DNA from: Escherichia coli
Lineage (GTDB): Bacteria; Pseudomonadota; Gammaproteobacteria; Enterobacterales; Enterobacteriaceae
Assembly (NCBI RefSeq): GCF_051903065.1
Contig: NZ_CP178438.1
Length of the DNA: 64,000 nucleotides
Strand: one strand, 5' to 3'
Of this stretch, positions 61,506-64,000 are shown one piece after another. Both the position numbers and the translations under genes were made by a program. The notes under the pieces are model-generated. The model saw nothing but the letters and a program-made list of their open reading frames with translations, did not search any database and was not told where the DNA came from. Numbering within the stretch: position 1 is the stretch's first letter; every line of letters starts with the position of its first letter.

Positions 61506-62318
61506 TTAATTCAGCACATACTTTTCAATGGCAAACGCCACGCCATCTTCAAGGTTGGATTTGGTGACAAAGTTCGCCACTTCTTTCACCGAAGGAATAG
61601 CATTATCCATTGCCACACCGACGCCTGCATATTCAATCATTGCAATGTCGTTTTCCTGATCGCCAATCGCCATGATTTCTTCCGGTTTAATACCTAACAC
61701 GTCGGCCAGTGATTTCACCCCCGTACCTTTGTTAACGCGTTTATCGAGGATTTCGAGGAAGTACGGCGCACTTTTCAGCACGGTATATTTCTCTTTCACT
61801 TCCTGCGGAATACGCGCGATAGCCTGGTCGAGGATGGCGGGTTCATCAATCATCATCACTTTCAGGAACTGGGTATTGGGGTCCATTTTCTCCGCTTCGC
61901 AGAACACCAGCGGAATAGTAGCAACGAAGGATTCATGCACCGTGTAGTAGCTGATATCACGGTTGGCGGTGTACAGCGTGGTGCGGTCCAGTGCGTGGAA
62001 ATGAGAACCGACTTCGCGAGAGAGTTTTTCCAGGAAACGGTAGTCGTCATAGCTGAGAGCGGTTTGCGCCACAGTGCTACCATCAGCGGCCTTCTGTACC
62101 AGCGCGCCGTTATAAGTAATGCAGTAGTCGCCCGGCTGTTCCATATGCAGCTCTTTCAGGTAATTGTGAACACCTGCATAAGGGCGACCCGTCGTTAGCA
62201 CGACATTTACGCCACGGGCGCGAGCTGCAGCAATCGCATTTTTAACGGCAGGTGAAATGGTGTGATCGGGCAGCAGAAGGGTGCCATCCATATCGATAGC
62301 AATGAGTTTGATAGCCAT
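61506..62318 (-). CDS. yidA: Sugar phosphatase YidA (HAD superfamily, Cof-type)
   Basis: 270 aa MAIKLIAIDMDGTLLLPDHTISPAVKNAIAAARARGVNVVLTTGRPYAG... with DxDGT motif. Confidence 0.94.
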   Translation of the reverse strand: MAIKLIAIDMDGTLLLPDHTISPAVKNAIAAARARGVNVVLTTGRPYAGVHNYLKELHMEQPGDYCITYNGALVQKAADGSTVAQTALSYDDYRFLEKLSREVGSHFHALDRTTLYTANRDISYYTVHESFVATIPLVFCEAEKMDPNTQFLKVMMIDEPAILDQAIARIPQEVKEKYTVLKSAPYFLEILDKRVNKGTGVKSLADVLGIKPEEIMAIGDQENDIAMIEYAGVGVAMDNAIPSVKEVANFVTKSNLEDGVAFAIEKYVLN

Positions 62319-62432
62319 GAGTTCCCCAGGTAGATTGGTTCCTGACCCATGCTAACGCGATTCCGCTCAAAAATCAGTACAACACCCGAGGGAAAAGGGG
62401 GATGCAACGCGCGTTGCGTGCTCCCCATTTGC

Positions 62433-62831
62433 TTAGCGGAAGAGTTTCCCTTTCAGCAGTTCCATGCCTGCGGAAAGCAGATCGTTATTGGCTTGTGGTG
62501 ACACTTCACCTTGCGGTGAGAGCGCATCAATAATCTTCGGCAATTGTTCTGCCAGTAAACTGGAAGCTGTACTGGTATCCACGCCAAGTTTTTGCCCGAG
62601 CTCGGACACCGCATTTGTGCCGAGCGCCGATTCCAGTTGCTCGCCGCTCACCGATTGATTGCCCTGTTGATTACTCAGCCAGGTTGAGAGAATGGCCCCT
62701 AAGCCGCCACTTTGCAGTTTTTCCAGCAGCACCTGAATGCCGCCCTGCTCCTCAACCCAACTTAAAATCGCCTGATATTTCCCCGCATCGCCTTTCAGAA
62801 AGGCGCCGACAACTTCATCAAAAAGCCCCAT
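62433..62831 (-). CDS. yidB: UPF0213/DUF937 family protein YidB
   Basis: 132 aa from MGLFDEVVGAFLKGDAGKYQAILSWVEEQGG...; ORF-track 215 aa version is an upstream extension. Confidence 0.9.
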   Translation of the reverse strand: MGLFDEVVGAFLKGDAGKYQAILSWVEEQGGIQVLLEKLQSGGLGAILSTWLSNQQGNQSVSGEQLESALGTNAVSELGQKLGVDTSTASSLLAEQLPKIIDALSPQGEVSPQANNDLLSAGMELLKGKLFR

Positions 62832-62908
62832 GATAATCACCTGTAAAGCGTTACGTGTTGACCCAAAAAGTATAGATCTGCGGGATGATAATTGCGGATT
62901 GCAGAAAT

Positions 62909-62940
62909 AAAAAGGGCGGAGATGATCTCCGCCCTTTTTT
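62909..62940. terminator. Bidirectional terminator hairpin (aaaagggcggagatgatctccgccctttttt) between gyrB and yidB
   Basis: Perfect 9 bp stem flanked by A4 and T6 runs. Confidence 0.7.
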
Positions 62941-62950
62941 ATAGCTTCTT

Positions 62951-63049
62951 GCCGGATGCGGCGTGAACGCCTTATCCGGCCTACAAAATCATGCAAAATC
63001 AATATATTGCAGGAGTCTCGTAGGCTTGATAAGCGTAGCGCATCAGGCA
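62951..63049. repeat. BIME: two REP elements in inverted orientation downstream of gyrB
   Basis: gccggatgcggcgtgaacgccttatccggcctac (62951-62984) and taggcttgataagcgtagcgcatcaggca (63021-63049) resemble REP consensus. Confidence 0.75.
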
Positions 63050-63069
63050 CGCTCGCATGGTTAACGCCA

Positions 63070-64000
<931 letters not shown>

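Overview
This window is a contiguous stretch of Escherichia coli core chromosome, matching the K-12 gene order from dfp/coaBC (3' part) to gyrB (3' part), and I found no convincing novel multi-gene system in it. All identifications are from reading the translations and DNA directly and from recalled K-12 knowledge; no database search was run. Gene order: coaBC-dut-slmA, pyrE-rph, yicC, dinD, yicG, ligB, gmk-rpoZ-spoT-trmH-recG, gltS, xanP, yicH, yicI-yicJ, tRNA-Sec (selC), setC, yicL, nlpA, yicS, nepI, yicN, adeQ, adeD, uhpTCBA, ilvBN-ivbL, istR/tisB, emrD, yidFGH, yidI, yidJK, yidL, glv operon, yidP, yidE, ibpAB, yidQ, yidR, cbrA, yidX, yidA, yidB, gyrB. The strain is clearly not MG1655/W3110: rph is full length and the glv genes are intact, which differs from the K-12 state as I recall it. 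The only accessory DNA is a roughly 2.6 kb degenerate island at selC (23347-25922): a P4-type integrase truncated by an IS903-like element with no target-site duplication, an orphan C-terminal gene fragment, and an imperfect copy of the tRNA 3' end. The second structural oddity is that the dgo (galactonate) operon expected between cbrA and yidX is absent, leaving only about 37 codons of dgoT. Other points worth a look are the istR/tisB type I toxin locus with its trans-pairing repeat, and a 34 bp palindrome in the glvC-yidP divergent promoter region.
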